A stretch of DNA of 64,000 nucleotides. Origin: Salpingoeca rosetta (taxonomy: Eukaryota > Protista > Choanoflagellata). Below are positions 1 to 20,499 of the stretch, one piece after another; the stretch's first letter is position 1; each line of letters starts with the position of its first letter. Location of the stretch: assembly GCA_033442325.1 (NCBI GenBank), contig JAWQFM010000014.1, positions 571,312 through 635,311 of the forward strand. Direction: 5' to 3'. The notes beneath the pieces were generated by a model that was not told the origin of the DNA, did no database searches, and was given only the letters and a program-made list of their open reading frames with translations. A program made the position numbers and the translations under genes.

Positions 1-1
1 G

Positions 2-73
<72 letters not shown>

Positions 74-180
74 ACATGTGTGTGTGCACATGTGTGTGCG
101 TGTAAAGCACACTCCCTGTGTCTTCGTCCCTCTGTTTTTTTCCCCTTGCTCGCTGTGTGATCATCTGTGTACACTGAGGA

Positions 181-6167
<5,987 letters not shown>

Positions 6168-6177
6168 CCAAACCACA

Positions 6178-6243
<66 letters not shown>

Positions 6244-6555
6244 TGTGTGTGTGTGTGTGTCTGTGTGTGTTGCTGCGAGGCTCAACACTCCAACATACGC
6301 CAATTCAACGCCTGTGCACCCGCTTCACTGCCCACAAAATGTCGCCATTTGTTTAGTTGGCCACGGTGTACTTGACCCGCCAGATATAAGCGAAGTCATA
6401 GCTCTCGTCACGTTCACACAGCACATGCAACCAGCACAAGCCACGTAACACCACGCGTCACAACCATCACAAGCCACGCTCACAGCTGCAATGAGTGATC
6501 ACAAAGCACATCAACCAAGAAAACGGAAGACTAAAGAAAAACGACGACAACAACG

Positions 6556-6667
6556 CAAACAAAGCAACTCAAACAAAGCAACTCAAACAGAGCAACTCAA
6601 ACAGAGCAACTCAAACAAAGCAACGCAAACAAGGCAACGCAAACAAAGTAACTCAAACAAAGCAACA
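6556..6667. repeat. 14-bp minisatellite (CAAACAAAGCAACT, 8 imperfect copies) between the convergent DNA2 and HGSNAT 3' ends
   Basis: Directly visible tandem units with single substitutions. Confidence 0.9.
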
Positions 6668-6748
6668 CAACACACATACACAAATACACAAATACACAAA
6701 TACACACGCACGCACACACGCACACATACATACAAACAGCCTCCTAGA

Positions 6749-9700
6749 TCAAATCTTGACAAAAAAGTCAATCTTGAAGCAGTAGTAGCAGATGAGGATG
6801 AGGATGGAGACGGCACACACGTTCATGAACATGAGCTTGCCGTGCGTCACGCCATCCGTCCATGCCCACGAGAACGGAAAGTACTCCTGGAACGTCTCAT
6901 GGAACACTGGTGGTGGGCAAGCGCATGTGTGTGTGCGTGCGCGTGCGGGAGCAGGGGGGGGGGGTTGTTGTGGATTGCATTTGAATGAGGGAAGGCGGAG
7001 CGTGGCGGTGTCACAACACATCACAAGAATGCCAACTCCTCTTCACACATCCACACATCCACGCATCCACGCGTCCACGCATCCACACAAGCAAACAACA
7101 CACACACGCACACACGCACACACGCATCCACGCATCAACACACAAGCAAACATACACGCAGCGCATACAACACACACACAACAACAACAAATGCACACAA
7201 GCAAACACACAACACCTAATGCACACGGACCGTAGATGAAGATGGAGTTGAGACCGACATATCGGAAGGGGGCGCCGTCCCACACGCGCCAGATGTCAAT
7301 GAGCCAATAAAACGCCGTGAGGGAGATGAAGCCAAACCCGCTCATGAGAAGCACAAAGCTGAGGCTCCACAGGTTCTTGCTGACGGGGATCACGCCATCA
7401 TTCTTGCTGCCGCCGCACAGGCCCGTGGCAATGGCGCAGCACAGCACCCCCCACGCCAGCCAGCGGACGCTGCGAGCGCGCGCCGCCTTGTAGTGCACGA
7501 TGATCTTGCCGGACTGAAGGCCAAGGTAGCAGATGAGGATGGAGGTGAGGGAGCCTAGGATGCCCTCGGGGTCATATGCGCCCGTCTGGTATGTCTCCTG
7601 GCTCGTTGGCGATCCGTAGATGTGCTTCCATGACAGCAGCCACCTGTCCACGTGCCCCGCAGCTCCGCCCTCGCAGCAGAAGGTGCCGTTCACACAGGAC
7701 CCATTCGCCGGTGCAAACTGTCCAAATTCGGCAAGCGCGCCGCCAGGCCCAATGTAGCCTGTCGGGCAGCCTGGCACGGGGAGGAGGAAGGTGATGCACG
7801 TGTGAATGACGACGAGGACGATGATGGCAATCCACTCGCCGACGTACGGGGCGACGTCAGGGAGGTGGCGCAGCATGCCGCAGCCGCCGGGATCGAGGTC
7901 GCTCGCCGGGTTGCGCACGGTCGGCGTGAGGCGCTGGTGACAAATGGCCGTGACGGTGGTGATTGTAGTGTTGGTGGTGGTGATGGTGATTGTGGTGGCA
8001 AGACGAGTGTGAGCAAAGAGGAAAGTAGAGACGTCGCAATGCACACACAGACACAGACACACAGACACAGACACGCACACGCACACGCACACACACATAC
8101 ACACACACAGACTCAGACACACACAGACTCAGACACACACAGACTCAGACACACACACACAGAGACTCAGACATACACACACAGGAAGCGTACCCTGATG
8201 AGCGGAGTGACCTCGTCGACGTTGCGGAGGAGAGAGACGGCCTTTGGCACAAATATGATCACCAGCGCAACAACAAGATAGGCGATGGCAAAGCGCTGCA
8301 GTACGCCCGGCACACGCGCAAAGCGCAGGTCGTGCACCACGTTGATGAAGATGACGCCAATGCCAAAGAGGAGGAGGGTGCGGCGGGCAACCTTGTACAG
8401 GATGGTGCGGAGTGGGGTGTGGCGCTTGAAGAGCGAGTTGAAGGTGATGGCCATGGACGTGCCCATGATCCAGATGAACCACGGAAACACGAGATCCGCC
8501 ACCGTCAGGCCGTTCCACACGCTGTGATCGAAGAAGTTGTAGTCGCCGCCGCCGTAGTTGACGAAGATCATGATGGTGAGCGCCATGCCACGGAACGAGT
8601 CCAGCGACTGCAGGCGCGTCTTGGAGCGCTTCGGGTTACCAATGGCGTGCGTGCTGCTGGCAGCCTGGGCGGCTGCTGCTGCATCCGCGTTGCTGGCAAG
8701 TGACAATGGTGATCGCCAAGTGATGGGATGCATGTAGATTGCGTGCGGGTGAGATGGCAACATGTCAGCATGCAACGTCAGCAACGACAGGAGACACGAC
8801 CCACCGCAAAGTGAAGATGACACGTGATGAAGTGAAGCACACAGTCGCGTGCATACGCACATGTACTCATGTACACGCATATGCACAAACACGTACACAC
8901 ACACATGTACACACATGAACACACACACACGTACACACACATGTACACACGCACACACACACACACATGCACACACACGTACACGCACACATGTGTACGC
9001 ATGTGCGCATGTACTCGTATACTCACGCACGTGCAACCTGCAGCGGTCTCACCTCAGCAAGGGATCGCGGGTGTATTTCTGCGTGTTGAGCAGGAGCATC
9101 TGCTCGTCCTTCTGCTCCATGAGCATGGTGTGCGGATACAGCGCGCGCGCAACGCGGGGGCAGCAGTTCTGGGGCGCGTACCACAGCACAAAGAGGCCCA
9201 CAATGATGCCGAGGGCAATGAAGACCGGGCGGACATCCGGTCCGTGATCGGCATCGCCCCGAACGTCGCGCACAATCTGCAGATGTGGTTGGGCGCTGTC
9301 GGCGCTGTCGCCTGCAGCTGTTGACGACACGATGAGAGTGTAGAAGCCGCGCTCGCCAAAGTGGTATGTCTGGTTGTTGTAGCCGACGCACGCGCAGGTG
9401 TTGTTCACGGTTGGCGTGCAGCCGGGTGTGGGGGTGCAGTTGGCCACACTCAGCTGCAAGGCGCAGCACGATTCATCGAAGGGAAGGCATCATGTGCATA
9501 CGTGCGTGTGTGTGTGTGTGTGTGTGTGTGCGTGCGTGCGTGCATATGTGTGTGTGTGTGCGTGCGTGCATTTGTGTGTGTGTGCGTGTACGTGTGAAGG
9601 AGAGGGATGTGAGATGGAGATGGAATCCATGACTGCGCCGTGCACAGTGTGGGCATGGGAAAGGCAGATGGTGGCGAGCAGTGCAAAGGATCGATACAAC

Positions 9701-10198
9701 GACAGAGTGGTCTGCTAACATGCCGCGTACGCTCACAGAGATATCACACTCCATAATGATGCACACCTCCTGTGGAAAGTTGGTTTGGACCGTCAGATAC
9801 GGGGTGGCGGACATGAAGGGCCCAGCCTCGGCGAGCACAGTGTCGATGCAGCGGTGGCAGTTGGTGTTGCGTGTGAGCACGCGCAAGGGCGGGGCCTGCT
9901 CCTCATCGGTTTTTGACAGCGAGAGGACGCGGACATAGGCGTAGTTGAGCAGGTGTTTGTCGTAGGAAGGCTCCGTGGAGATGAAGTCTGCATCCGATGG
10001 CATGTCGTACCACAGCGTGAACCGGGACACGCCTTTTGCAGCCAGGTCCTCTGTGCGGTTGAAGAGGAGGTGGGATCTGTCTTTTGTGTCGACCGCCTGC
10101 ACAAAGAAAGCGCCCTGGAACAGGGCTGGGTCTGTGGCATAGTTGGAGCAGCCTTGCGCCAGGATCCCTGAAAACAACTGTTCGTGTTGTGTGTGTGT

Positions 10199-10262
<64 letters not shown>

Positions 10263-10686
10263 AAGTGAGTGAGTGAGTGAGCGTGTGCGTAAGTACGTCA
10301 AGTGACTTTGTGTCACGAGAACATTTGTGATGTGATCTCAGACATGAATCGCACCATGTATGTGACATGTCACGTACACATGCATCTTTGCTGATGAAGG
10401 GCATCCAGCACACACACACACACACACACACATGCAGATTAGGTGCATGTCTCACCTTGAACTGGTGGCCGCTCTGGATGGAGATCAGGGTGACGTCAAC
10501 CGTCAAAGTGGTGGTGTGGTTCTTGACACCACCGTTCAAGAAGCACATGCGAAAGATGAGGTTGGATTGACTGGTTGCTGGTGGTTGTTGCACAGCATTG
10601 GCGCCATCACCAGCAACAACCGCCACACCACCGCACAGCGCTACGCTGAATGCAGCGAGCAGCAACAAGGCCGCTGCACTCTGCAT
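6749..10686 (-). CDS. HGSNAT: Heparan-alpha-glucosaminide N-acetyltransferase (lysosomal multi-pass membrane protein)
   Basis: Signal peptide MQSAAALLLLAAF. Luminal NCHRC and YHFGERGFYTLIV. Hallmark RLQSLDSFRGMALTIMIFVNYGGG..DHSVWNGLTVADLVFPWF, PGVLQR, PGCPTGYIGPGG, YDPEGILG, KNLWSLSF, C-terminal FFVKI. Six exons: ~10686-10456, 10167-9767, 9453-9053, ~8695-8193, ~7935-7231, ~6906-6749. Confidence 0.95.
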
Positions 10687-10702
10687 CGGGCTTGTGTGCG
10701 TG

Positions 10703-10794
<92 letters not shown>

Positions 10795-11850
10795 TTGTTC
10801 CGTGTGCCCGCCACCACACACTCTTTCTTTCTTTTGATATTGGGTGCGACTGAATTCAGGGCTTGGAGCGATGTCGTGAGTATTTGCCATGATTTCTATC
10901 AATTTGCCGTTTGAAAGCTTAATCGTGCATCGCACCTTTCAGAGGGGCAAAACGGCAAAACATCGGCGCGAGCGCAGAGCGAATGCTTGCAAGCAACCAG
11001 GGCCGTGCCTTTGCGACGCGCTCCACCTGCACGAGCACACAGAGACCCGCACCATAACGAAAAACTGGCTTGTTGGTGGCCTTCCTTTCTTTCTTCTGCG
11101 AAGCCACTGCTGCGCAAAACAACATCGCACAACAGCACCACTCGCTCTTGCTCTCTTGCTTGTTGCTTGTTGTGTTGTTTGTGAGAACAACTTCGATTTG
11201 ACCCATCCGCCAAACAGCCAGCCTTTCCCCGCTCCCTCATTTCTCTTCTTCTTTGCGGGTTGGTCGTGCAGCGCACGAGAGGTGAGGGTGACGACACTCG
11301 CGCTCGCTCGCCCACACACTCGCTCATCGTCATCAGTCACAACACAGCACTGCGTGCTGTCTCCTCTTGTTGTTCTCCTGCTTGCAGGCCCACTTTTTCT
11401 CTTTCTTTCTCTGGCGCTTTCTCTCAACCCCGACACTCGCGTTTGTTCTCGGTCTGGTCTTGCGCCTTGCGGCTGCTCTTCCGCTTGTTTTGGTTTCTCC
11501 AGTAGTCGCGCGAGCGCGCGTGCGAGAGTTTGACTTTGCCTTTGACTTTGCGTTTGCCTTTGGCTCTGGCCTGTTTATTGTGCTGTTTGTGTGCTGTTGG
11601 GGGGTAGCTGGCACTACCAGCCGTCTGTGTTGTCCCTGACAAAGCACCGAGACCTGGGGTCTCACCACGCACGCACGTTCACATCCAACGCAACACGCAC
11701 GCGCACGAGCGACGCCAGCATTTGTTCTGCGACATTGCTCTTGGCACAACACACACACACACACGAAGTTCCCAAACGACACCGACCGACCGGTGCTACA
11801 AAAGTGTTTGGTTTGTGGCTGTGCCACCGCCAACACCAACAACAATAACG

Positions 11851-11883
<33 letters not shown>

Positions 11884-12440
11884 CTTTGTGGACGTGTGGC
11901 GTCATATTTCTTACCCTCTTTCTCCCAAACACCGATCGTCGTCACTGCTCCTGCCTCGCCCATCGATCTCACAACCGACAACCAAGCAAGGTGTGTGTTT
12001 GTGTGTTTGTGTGGTTGTGTGGTTGTGTGGTTGTGCGCTTGTGGTTGGTGTGTCACGTCAGCCCACACGAGCAGCACCGCGGCGCATTTCCACCTTCTAC
12101 ACTCGTCAATGCGTTCACCGATTGCCTTCTTTCCGCCTGCCTGTCCGAACATCGCATCCCCATACCGAAAACACATACAAGGCAGTGCCTTCTGTGCTCA
12201 CTGTGACACAACACCCCCCCCCCCTTTGTGCTGGCTGCGTTCCATTGACCACAGCGACGTGCTCCGGAACGCGAAGCGAAGCGTACCTTGCTTCTTGCCT
12301 CGTCGTTCACTTCACTGTGTGAAGGGCAATGCTGCTCGACCACACGAAGCAAACAAGGCCAAGAAAGGTACATGCGAACCCCATCATGGTGTGTTGTGTG
12401 TGTGTGTTTATCTCTCGGCCTATCTCTCAGTCAGTCAGGC

Positions 12441-12477
<37 letters not shown>

Positions 12478-12666
12478 GTCAATGACGATAGTTTCGCTGT
12501 TGCGGCCTGCGACCAGTCCATCTGCTGGTGCCTTCCTAGTTACACCTGCTCACCCAGTTGCCACCACCCCTCTCCCCCTGCATCTCTTTTGTTCCCCATC
12601 CCCTCTCCTCCACATCTTTCTCCACATCTCCCCACACTGCAATCTCAGAACGTTGTCGAGGCCAAG

Positions 12667-12845
12667 ATGGACCTGTCACCGCCTGCGACAACCGCGGTGC
12701 CGCGGCACACGCGCGTCGACGAACCACCTCACCCAATGGTCTCGGTCGCCGAGGGCCAGGCCCTAGTGAAGGGCCGCCACAACACGCCCAGGCGACACTC
12801 CAGCCTCCGCTCCTCGTCCTCGTCCCCAGCAAATGCACAACACAC

Positions 12846-12878
<33 letters not shown>

Positions 12879-14029
12879 ACAACAACCGAACCGCGTGCGC
12901 GCTCTGTCAACGTCAACAACCCACCACCAGCACCACCAGCACCATCATCGCTTGTCGCCGAGCTGGTCCCCGACCCCCGCATCCACATCACCAGCGCGCG
13001 AAGGCATCCTCTCCAACTCTCTCCACGGCAGCCTGCGTCGGCGAAGCTCCCGGCGAAGGGACGACCCACAGCGGCGCAGGTCTGTGCACTTTGCCACAAG
13101 CGCGTCCACCAGCCCCTCCAGGAGCCCAGTGTGCTCCCCAAACACCTCCACCCTCAACCTCTTCTCAAGCACCACAGCCCCAGGTGCACGGCCAGGCGCG
13201 CCCTCCCCCAAGTTCTCCTCATCCCCCACCATGCTGGCATCGCTCACCCCGCCAGCGACGCCGCCCACCACCATCACGTCGAGCCTGCTGCGATACGAGG
13301 CAACATACAACACGGAGGAGGAACCAACCAACATCATCTACGACAGCGTCGCGGGCAAGAAGCCCAGGCACAAGACAGACCCCGCTGTGCTTGCAGGCAC
13401 GCCACAGAAGCTGCGTGCTACCCCGCACAGTCACACCCACAACCACGACCGTGTACGCCACGCTGTCCGCAACTGCCACGTTCGAAGCAGCAGCGACTGC
13501 GGTGTGCACGACACCGCCAATCACGGCCATCGCCTGTCCGACGGTCGTGTGCACGACACAGCACCATGTACACATTCGCGCTCACTGGACGATACAATTG
13601 ACACAGAGTATGTCGTTGCCGGTGCTGCTGGTTGTGACCAGATTGGTGTAGCGGATCAGGAACTGCTCAAACAGCAACAACGACACCACCAACATGCCAG
13701 GCAGCTGCTCCTTGAGGACCAGCTGCACGACGTCTCCATTGTTGATGGCGATGAGGCGGCTCGTCATGAGGAGAACGCTTGCCGCTGGCAAGAGGGCGGC
13801 GCCAGTGTCGATCACTGCCGTGATGACTACACCGGCCAAAACACCACCTCCAACGACGACGACGACGATCACGGGTACTGGCGTACGAGTTTGCTGGCGG
13901 ATGATTCCCTCTTGACGCCTCAGCCACACCACAGCCACCAGCAGCTGCTGCATGGAAGGAAGAGCGGGTCCGGTCGACGACGCTCCCTCTCTGAGGGCGG
14001 AGGTGGTCCCACCACCACCACCAACGCTG

Positions 14030-14081
<52 letters not shown>

Positions 14082-15402
14082 CGCTATTACCAAAAGCAGC
14101 AGCAGCAGCAGCAGCAGAAGCAGTCGGCGCGCCAGCGTAAATGGCGGCCATCGCCACCACACTGCAACGTATGCCGCACCCCCACCACCACCGCCTCCAG
14201 CGCCGGTGCCGCACATGGACGAGGACTTCCGTGTCTTCCGCCACCAGATTCGGACCATCCAACGGCGCTTCCGCCTCAACGAGCTGCCATACTACCATGG
14301 ATGGAGGCGCAGGGCGTGGGTGTCTCTGCAGCTGCTGCGGCCTGGCGTTGGCGACGGCACGTTCCTCATCCACTTTGATATTGTCAACAACCAGCTCATG
14401 TTGCTGCTGTCGCTGTGCACGCCATCGTATGGCGTGGCACACGTGCCCATTGAGCTCGTGCAAGACCAGACGGTCATTGTTGAGGAGCAAAACTTTGACT
14501 CCATCACCGACGCCATTGCCAACTTCCGGCAGCACCCGCTCACCACCGCCAGCCCGGCATCAAACTCCGAGCAGCAGGTCTCCTCGCCCCCACTGTCGCC
14601 AACGGCTGTCGTCGCATCACTGCCGTCGCACGGCACGGCCCGCAACCCTCACCAACAGCAGCAGCAGAAGCAGCAGGGCGGGGCGTTCCTGAAAGGGTTT
14701 CTCCCGCGTGATGTTGAGGTTCGCACGATTCGGCGTAGCGCCTCGTACACCGCCCCTGCGTCGCACGCGTCCCCCGCGTCATCTAGTGCCTACGTGGCAC
14801 CAGAGGAAGAGTACGATGACGTGGAACTGCAGCACCAGCACGAAGAGGAGGAAGAAGAAGAGCAGGAGCCGGAGGAGGATGAGGGTGATGATGTTGACGA
14901 CACGTTTCACAGCGGTCGTGGCGTGCGGCGCACAGGGAGTGTGAGCAGCGCTCACAGCCGCGCAAGCGACTGTGTCAGTGCCGACAGCGGGCTTGGCAGC
15001 ATCACCGCAACCCTCATCATGCCCATGGACACCATGACCAGTGGCGCTGGAGGCCACAGCCTCAACGTGCCGCGGACATCAGCGCCGTCGTCCACGCGGC
15101 GGTCGCACGCGTCTGCCCCACGCCGAAGCTCATCGCTGCGGATGGAACGACGGTCCTCCTCCCTCACGGGAGTGAACGACGCTGTTGGGCGCTCGCCCCT
15201 TGCCCACGTCATGACACAGCGGCACAAGCAGGGGCAGTACCATGACTACCACCTCCACGATTACCACAACGACGACGACAATGACAACGACGGCAGCGAC
15301 AGCACTGGCAATTGCCCCGTGCAGCTGGCTCGCCCACCCTTGCGCCGAGCAAACGCAACGGCGCCAGCCCTTACTTCGTGCTCCATGTCGACCACCTTGT
15401 AA
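12667..15402 (+). CDS. Large disordered protein with one divergent SH2 domain (~14281-14540)
   Basis: Long open frame. PYYHG...GDGTFLIH...LLLSL...VAHVPI...NFDSITDAIANFRQHPL follows the SH2 fold pattern. ATG in a GCCAAGATGG context; an upstream exon is possible. Confidence 0.75.
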
Positions 15403-16125
15403 CACTCCCTCCGTATCCGTGTGCATGTGTGTGTCTGTGTGTGTGTGTGTGTGCGTGTGTATGTCATTATGTTTCTGGCTGACGTAAGGACGTATTCTTT
15501 CCTAAAATGCCTCATTGTGCCTCGATGGCAGTGTGCTGTGAAGCTCTTGTGAAGGTTTTGTTGCCTGCTGTGCAGGGTAGACACTTGGTGTCTTAGCATG
15601 TGAGTGTGTTTTCTGCCTGCGCGCGCGCGCGTGTGTGTGTGTGTGTTTGGAATGTATGCGCCTTGTAGCCGTGTGCAGCTGTGCAATAACATGTATTGTT
15701 TTGTTCACACACACTATGTAGCCTTGTTGGTGTTGTTGCACGCTTGCACGTGCGCGTGTTCCTTTCAGTTGGTTTCATTGACATGACGTCATGCGGCTTG
15801 TTTGCAGCTGTTTCTGGTTTGTTTTGTACTCTGTGTGTGTGTGTGTTTCGTTTTGAGTTTTTTTTTTTTTTTTTTGCCGCAAGTCATTGTCATTTCCTCT
15901 CTTTGAGTGCTGTGAGCACCAGCTGCTTCCACTCTTTTGTATGTGACCCGCCCGTGTCGCCGTGCTTCATTGAGTGATCGCATGGCGTGCACACGTGGTG
16001 CTTCTGATTATATCACCTGACCACTGCTGTTCATTCGTGCCGAGCCACAACAACACGACAATGCAATGAACACCATCTCGCCCATTGGACAACACGTCAA
16101 CTGCCACACATACACGACACTGATC

Positions 16126-16213
<88 letters not shown>

Positions 16214-16321
16214 GCAGCAACAATGTGTGATGGTAACTGTCAGGGCCGATTCCTTGTTCAGCATGGCACACAAAACGCGCGTGCAGAAACACGGTGGCAA
16301 TGTGTGCATCAGCCACACCGC

Positions 16322-17946
16322 TCACCACCGCCGCTGTTGCTGCCCTTGTTGTGCGCGGTGTTGTTGCTGCTGCTGCATGGCGCGTACCTGGGACACGTGC
16401 ATGGGCCCGTATGGTGTGATCACGTAGTGCGATGACGGGTGGGACTGCTGCTGCTGCTGTTGATGGCCCCGCTGTGTGCTGCCACCTTGCTTCGGGGACG
16501 CTGCCCCTCGCCGAGCGACAGCAGGCGAGCCCGGGCCACTGCCGTGCTGCTGGTGCTGCTGCATGGGGTGGTGGCCCTGGTGGAAACCTGGTGGGGGAGC
16601 AGGCCCGCGTGGCGGCATGGGCCCACGGTAGCCCGGCGGTGGCCGCATACCCGGCGGCAGCGGGCCGCGCAGGTGTGGCGGCGGCACACGGCCTGCAGGT
16701 GGCTGCTGGTGCTGCTGGTGCTGCTGGTGGGCGTGGGCATACTGCTGGGGCATGCCGCCCCGCATCGCAGCGCCGGGAGCGTGAGGATGTTGCTGCTGCT
16801 GCTGCTGCTGGTGGTGGTGGTGGTGGTGGTGTGCATGCGGTGGTGGCCGTGGTGGCGGCGGGCCTGCTTGCGGCTGCTGGTGTTGTTGGTTGGCAGGGGC
16901 GCGGCTGGCCATGTACAGCGGACGGAGGAGCAAGGCCATCTGCTCGCGGCGCATGGGCTTTGGCGGGCGGATTGGCAGCACCATGCCCTGGTAGGGGCTC
17001 TCCGGGAAGAATGTCGGGTGGTCCGCGAGCCACCCGTTGTCCTGTACGCATGTGCAGCAGTTTGGGGGGGGGTGTCAAGGGGCAGTTGGGAGTAGAGGGG
17101 TGTGGGAAGTTGGGGGAGGTGACGAGGCACAAAGATGACCAGCGCAAGGATGAGGGAATGTGTGAGACTGAGCAAACGCGCATTGTGGTGTTGAGGACAA
17201 GACATACACATGGGCACACGCATGCACACACATTTGCATTCGCATGCACACATTTGCGCGCACACACACACACACACACATTGGCGCACACACACATGGG
17301 CACACACACGCACACACGTTGCACACACACACACATGAACACACGCACACACGTTGGTACACGTGAAGCATGTGATCAGCGTGCATGCATGGCACACCTG
17401 TTTGTAGTCGCGCAGGTACGTAAAGTAGTCCTTGATGACAATGGGCTCATCGTCCTCCGGCTGCTCTGCCTGTTGCTTGGTGTCGTCGGATGCGTCGCCA
17501 CGCGCCTCGCCATCTGCACCAGCCTCCTCACCTTCGCCTTTCGCCTCTTCGTCTTCCTTCTGCTGGCGGCGCTTCATGCCCATAGCAGCCTGCAATCACC
17601 AACACGGACAACATCGTCAGAAAGATGCACACGCGTCACAGGTCACACAGCACGGGGCGCACAAGAGTGGGCGAAGCAAGCACAAGCAAGTGAACCACGC
17701 AATATTCGCTGTGCACCACGCGCATCCATCCATCCATCCGTCCTTCCATCCATCCGTCCATTCTTACAAGGTTGCAGTAGATGCGTTGGCCGTCGACATA
17801 GTGGTACGGAGCCGCAAGTGCAGCATGCACAGACTCCAATTCCGAAAACGTAACAAAGCCATACCTGTGGAAGGAGAGGAGGTGTGTGTGTGTGTTGGTG
17901 GTTGACGGTTGAGAGTGTGGATGAGTGTTCGCGGTCCTTGTGTGTG

Positions 17947-18031
<85 letters not shown>

Positions 18032-18287
18032 TGTCTGTGTGTGTGTGTGTGTGTGTCTGTGTGTGGTGTGTGTGTCTGTGTGTGTGTGTGTGTGTGAATA
18101 AACGAGCAACCATTGACTATCACCATACCGCTTTGACTCCTGCGTGTCATGATCGAAGATGACAACAGCCTATTTCATAGTAGAGTCAGTGGATGGGGCA
18201 AATGTTAGCGAGCTTCGTTGCAAAGCGGCTCTGCATTGCACCACCTCTGCACACACATACACACACACACACACATACACACACACA

Positions 18288-18322
<35 letters not shown>

Positions 18323-18442
18323 CTCTTCCACCGGCCCAAAGGAGGAGAAGTAAGCCTTGAGCTCGTCGCCCGTTGTCTTTGAGTTGAGCTGCTTCACAAA
18401 CAGCTTGCGATCATTGTCGCGGTGATGGTAGTGTCGACCCAT
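16322..18442 (-). CDS. Single-RRM RNA-binding protein, RBM24/RBM38-like, with a Pro/Gln/His-rich tail
   Basis: Spliced RRM: KLFVKQLNSKTTGDELKAYFSSFGPVEE|AVVIFDHDTQESKR|YGFVTF...APYHYVDGQRIYCNL|AAMGMK (RNP2, RNP1 and the NLA..G.K ending typical of RBM24/38). Five exons. Confidence 0.8.
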
Positions 18443-18751
18443 CCCAACAGCACAGCACAGCACAGCACAGCAACAGACAGACAGCGGATCGACTACAACA
18501 AGCCGCAGCCAGCCGAAATTGGTTGCGACACCACAAAAAGGTTTCACTGGGCATGGGCTGCTGCGCCAGGCAGTCGTGGAGACTGATGTGATGTGGATGA
18601 TGTGATTGATGATGACATGACACTTGTATTGGAAGAAGAACAACCGCAGTGCACACACACACACCACGCGCACGCACGCACGCCAGAAGGCAACAAGCGG
18701 AGAGCAAAAACAAGGGCCCAACAGCACAGTGGACAGACGCGTGTGCCCATT

Positions 18752-19385
18752 TCATGCAGCAGCAACAACGGCGCGCAGAATGTCCGTCAGCGAAACCACA
18801 CCCTTGACTTTCTTGTCGTCACCCACCACATATAACCTGCAATGGTGTGTGTGCGTGTGCGATTGTGTGTGCGTGTGCGATTGTGTGTGTGTGTGTGTGA
18901 TTGTGTGCGCACATCAGGTTGCGCGCATCAGGTTGCACAAACACTCAAAGAAACGAGCACAGCCACTCAAAACCAAGCCCCAACACACACACACACACAC
19001 ACACCAACCTGTGGACGCGCTGCTTGACGAGACGGTCGAGGATACTCTCGAATGTTGCATAGGGCTTGCAGGTGATGTCCTACAGGCGGTGTGCAAGGGA
19101 TGTGCAGGTGGGTATGAGAACAAGAAAAAGTGTCCAACTATCTGATAAAGAATTGCTGTCCATCGCAGACAAGTGTGTGTGACAGGGGCGAACACGTACG
19201 GCTTCGTGCTGGTGCTTCCGCTCCATGGCGTGGATAAACTCCTCCACGGACCGCAGCAGCATCGGCACCTTCTTAGGGGTCAGACCCTGCAGAGCAACGC
19301 GGGGGGTGGTGATGGTGGTGGCGTGAACAACCAGGGTCACCAAACAGAAACAATGTTCCTGTTAGTCACAAACACAACACACAAG

Positions 19386-19434
<49 letters not shown>

Positions 19435-20413
19435 CAACACACACACACACACACAAAACAACGCACATGAGCACACGTTGATCGTGCTCCATACCCTGAG
19501 GTCGCTGTTGCTGAAGTTGTGGCGGAACTTGCAGTCGTCATCCACCACGGCCACGGCAGCGTGCTTCTTGTCGACCATGGTGTGCACAACCGAGGCCACA
19601 ATGTCCTTGGACGAGACGGTGGGCACATCGCGGTCCGCCCAGCCAAACTCCTCCGCCGTCGTCTGCAGCAGCTTCTCTCCGAGCGACTTCTTGTGCTTGC
19701 TCAAGTACAGCACCACGTCCGACTGCATGTTGTGTGTTGAGTGTGTGTGTGTGTGAGTATGAGAGAGAGAGAGAGAGAGTATGTGTGTTGGGGGGGGGGT
19801 GGGTGTTTATGTGAGTTGTTTGGTGAACGAGCGGACGGATCAGCGAGGGGACGGTACATCAAACGACACAGCAACGACGGGTGTCACCATGGCTGTTACA
19901 AACGCGCCAACACAACGACGACAACGAGACACTCAAAGCACACACACACATAAAGCTACGACAGCGAGACACGCAAAGCACAGACACACACGCACACGCA
20001 CACACAGGCCGCACCATGGAGATGACGTCGTTGATGCGGCCCGTTGGTGTGAAGATGGCAATGCGGTGGGCCAGGTCGTGCGCTTGCTCATGTTCGCCTG
20101 CATAGCAGATACAAGAGGGGGGGGGTGACACGTGGCACACAGTGGCAGCATGACGTCAATGTGAATGCCCACCAGCAAGCACAACGACACCACCAATCAT
20201 GCACACACACACACACAGAACACAGAGCACAGCGGACCTGCGCCGAGGAAGCCGTCTGCGATGAGGTCGTGGAGGGACTGCGTGGTTTCACCGCGGTAGC
20301 GGAGTTGCACGTCGTTGCCGAGAAGGGTGATGACCTTGCGGTCGAAAAACGGCTGTGCAGATTCCTTGAGCGCCTCCCAGCGGAACGCCTTCTCGCTCGC
20401 CTTGGACAGCACG

Positions 20414-20499
<86 letters not shown>

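Noticed and set aside
6556-6667. Regular repeats as a possible CRISPR array (also 34640-34784 and 25561-25700)
   Set aside because: Head-to-tail repeats without unique spacers, no cas genes, eukaryotic context.
11722-12666. N-terminal 315 codons of the 1226-aa ORF
   Set aside because: Contains microsatellite and pyrimidine-tract intron/UTR-like sequence; the credible CDS starts at about 12667.
15782-15793. Perfect CRE palindrome CATGACGTCATG
   Set aside because: It sits between convergent 3' ends, not in a promoter; this shows such motifs can arise by chance.
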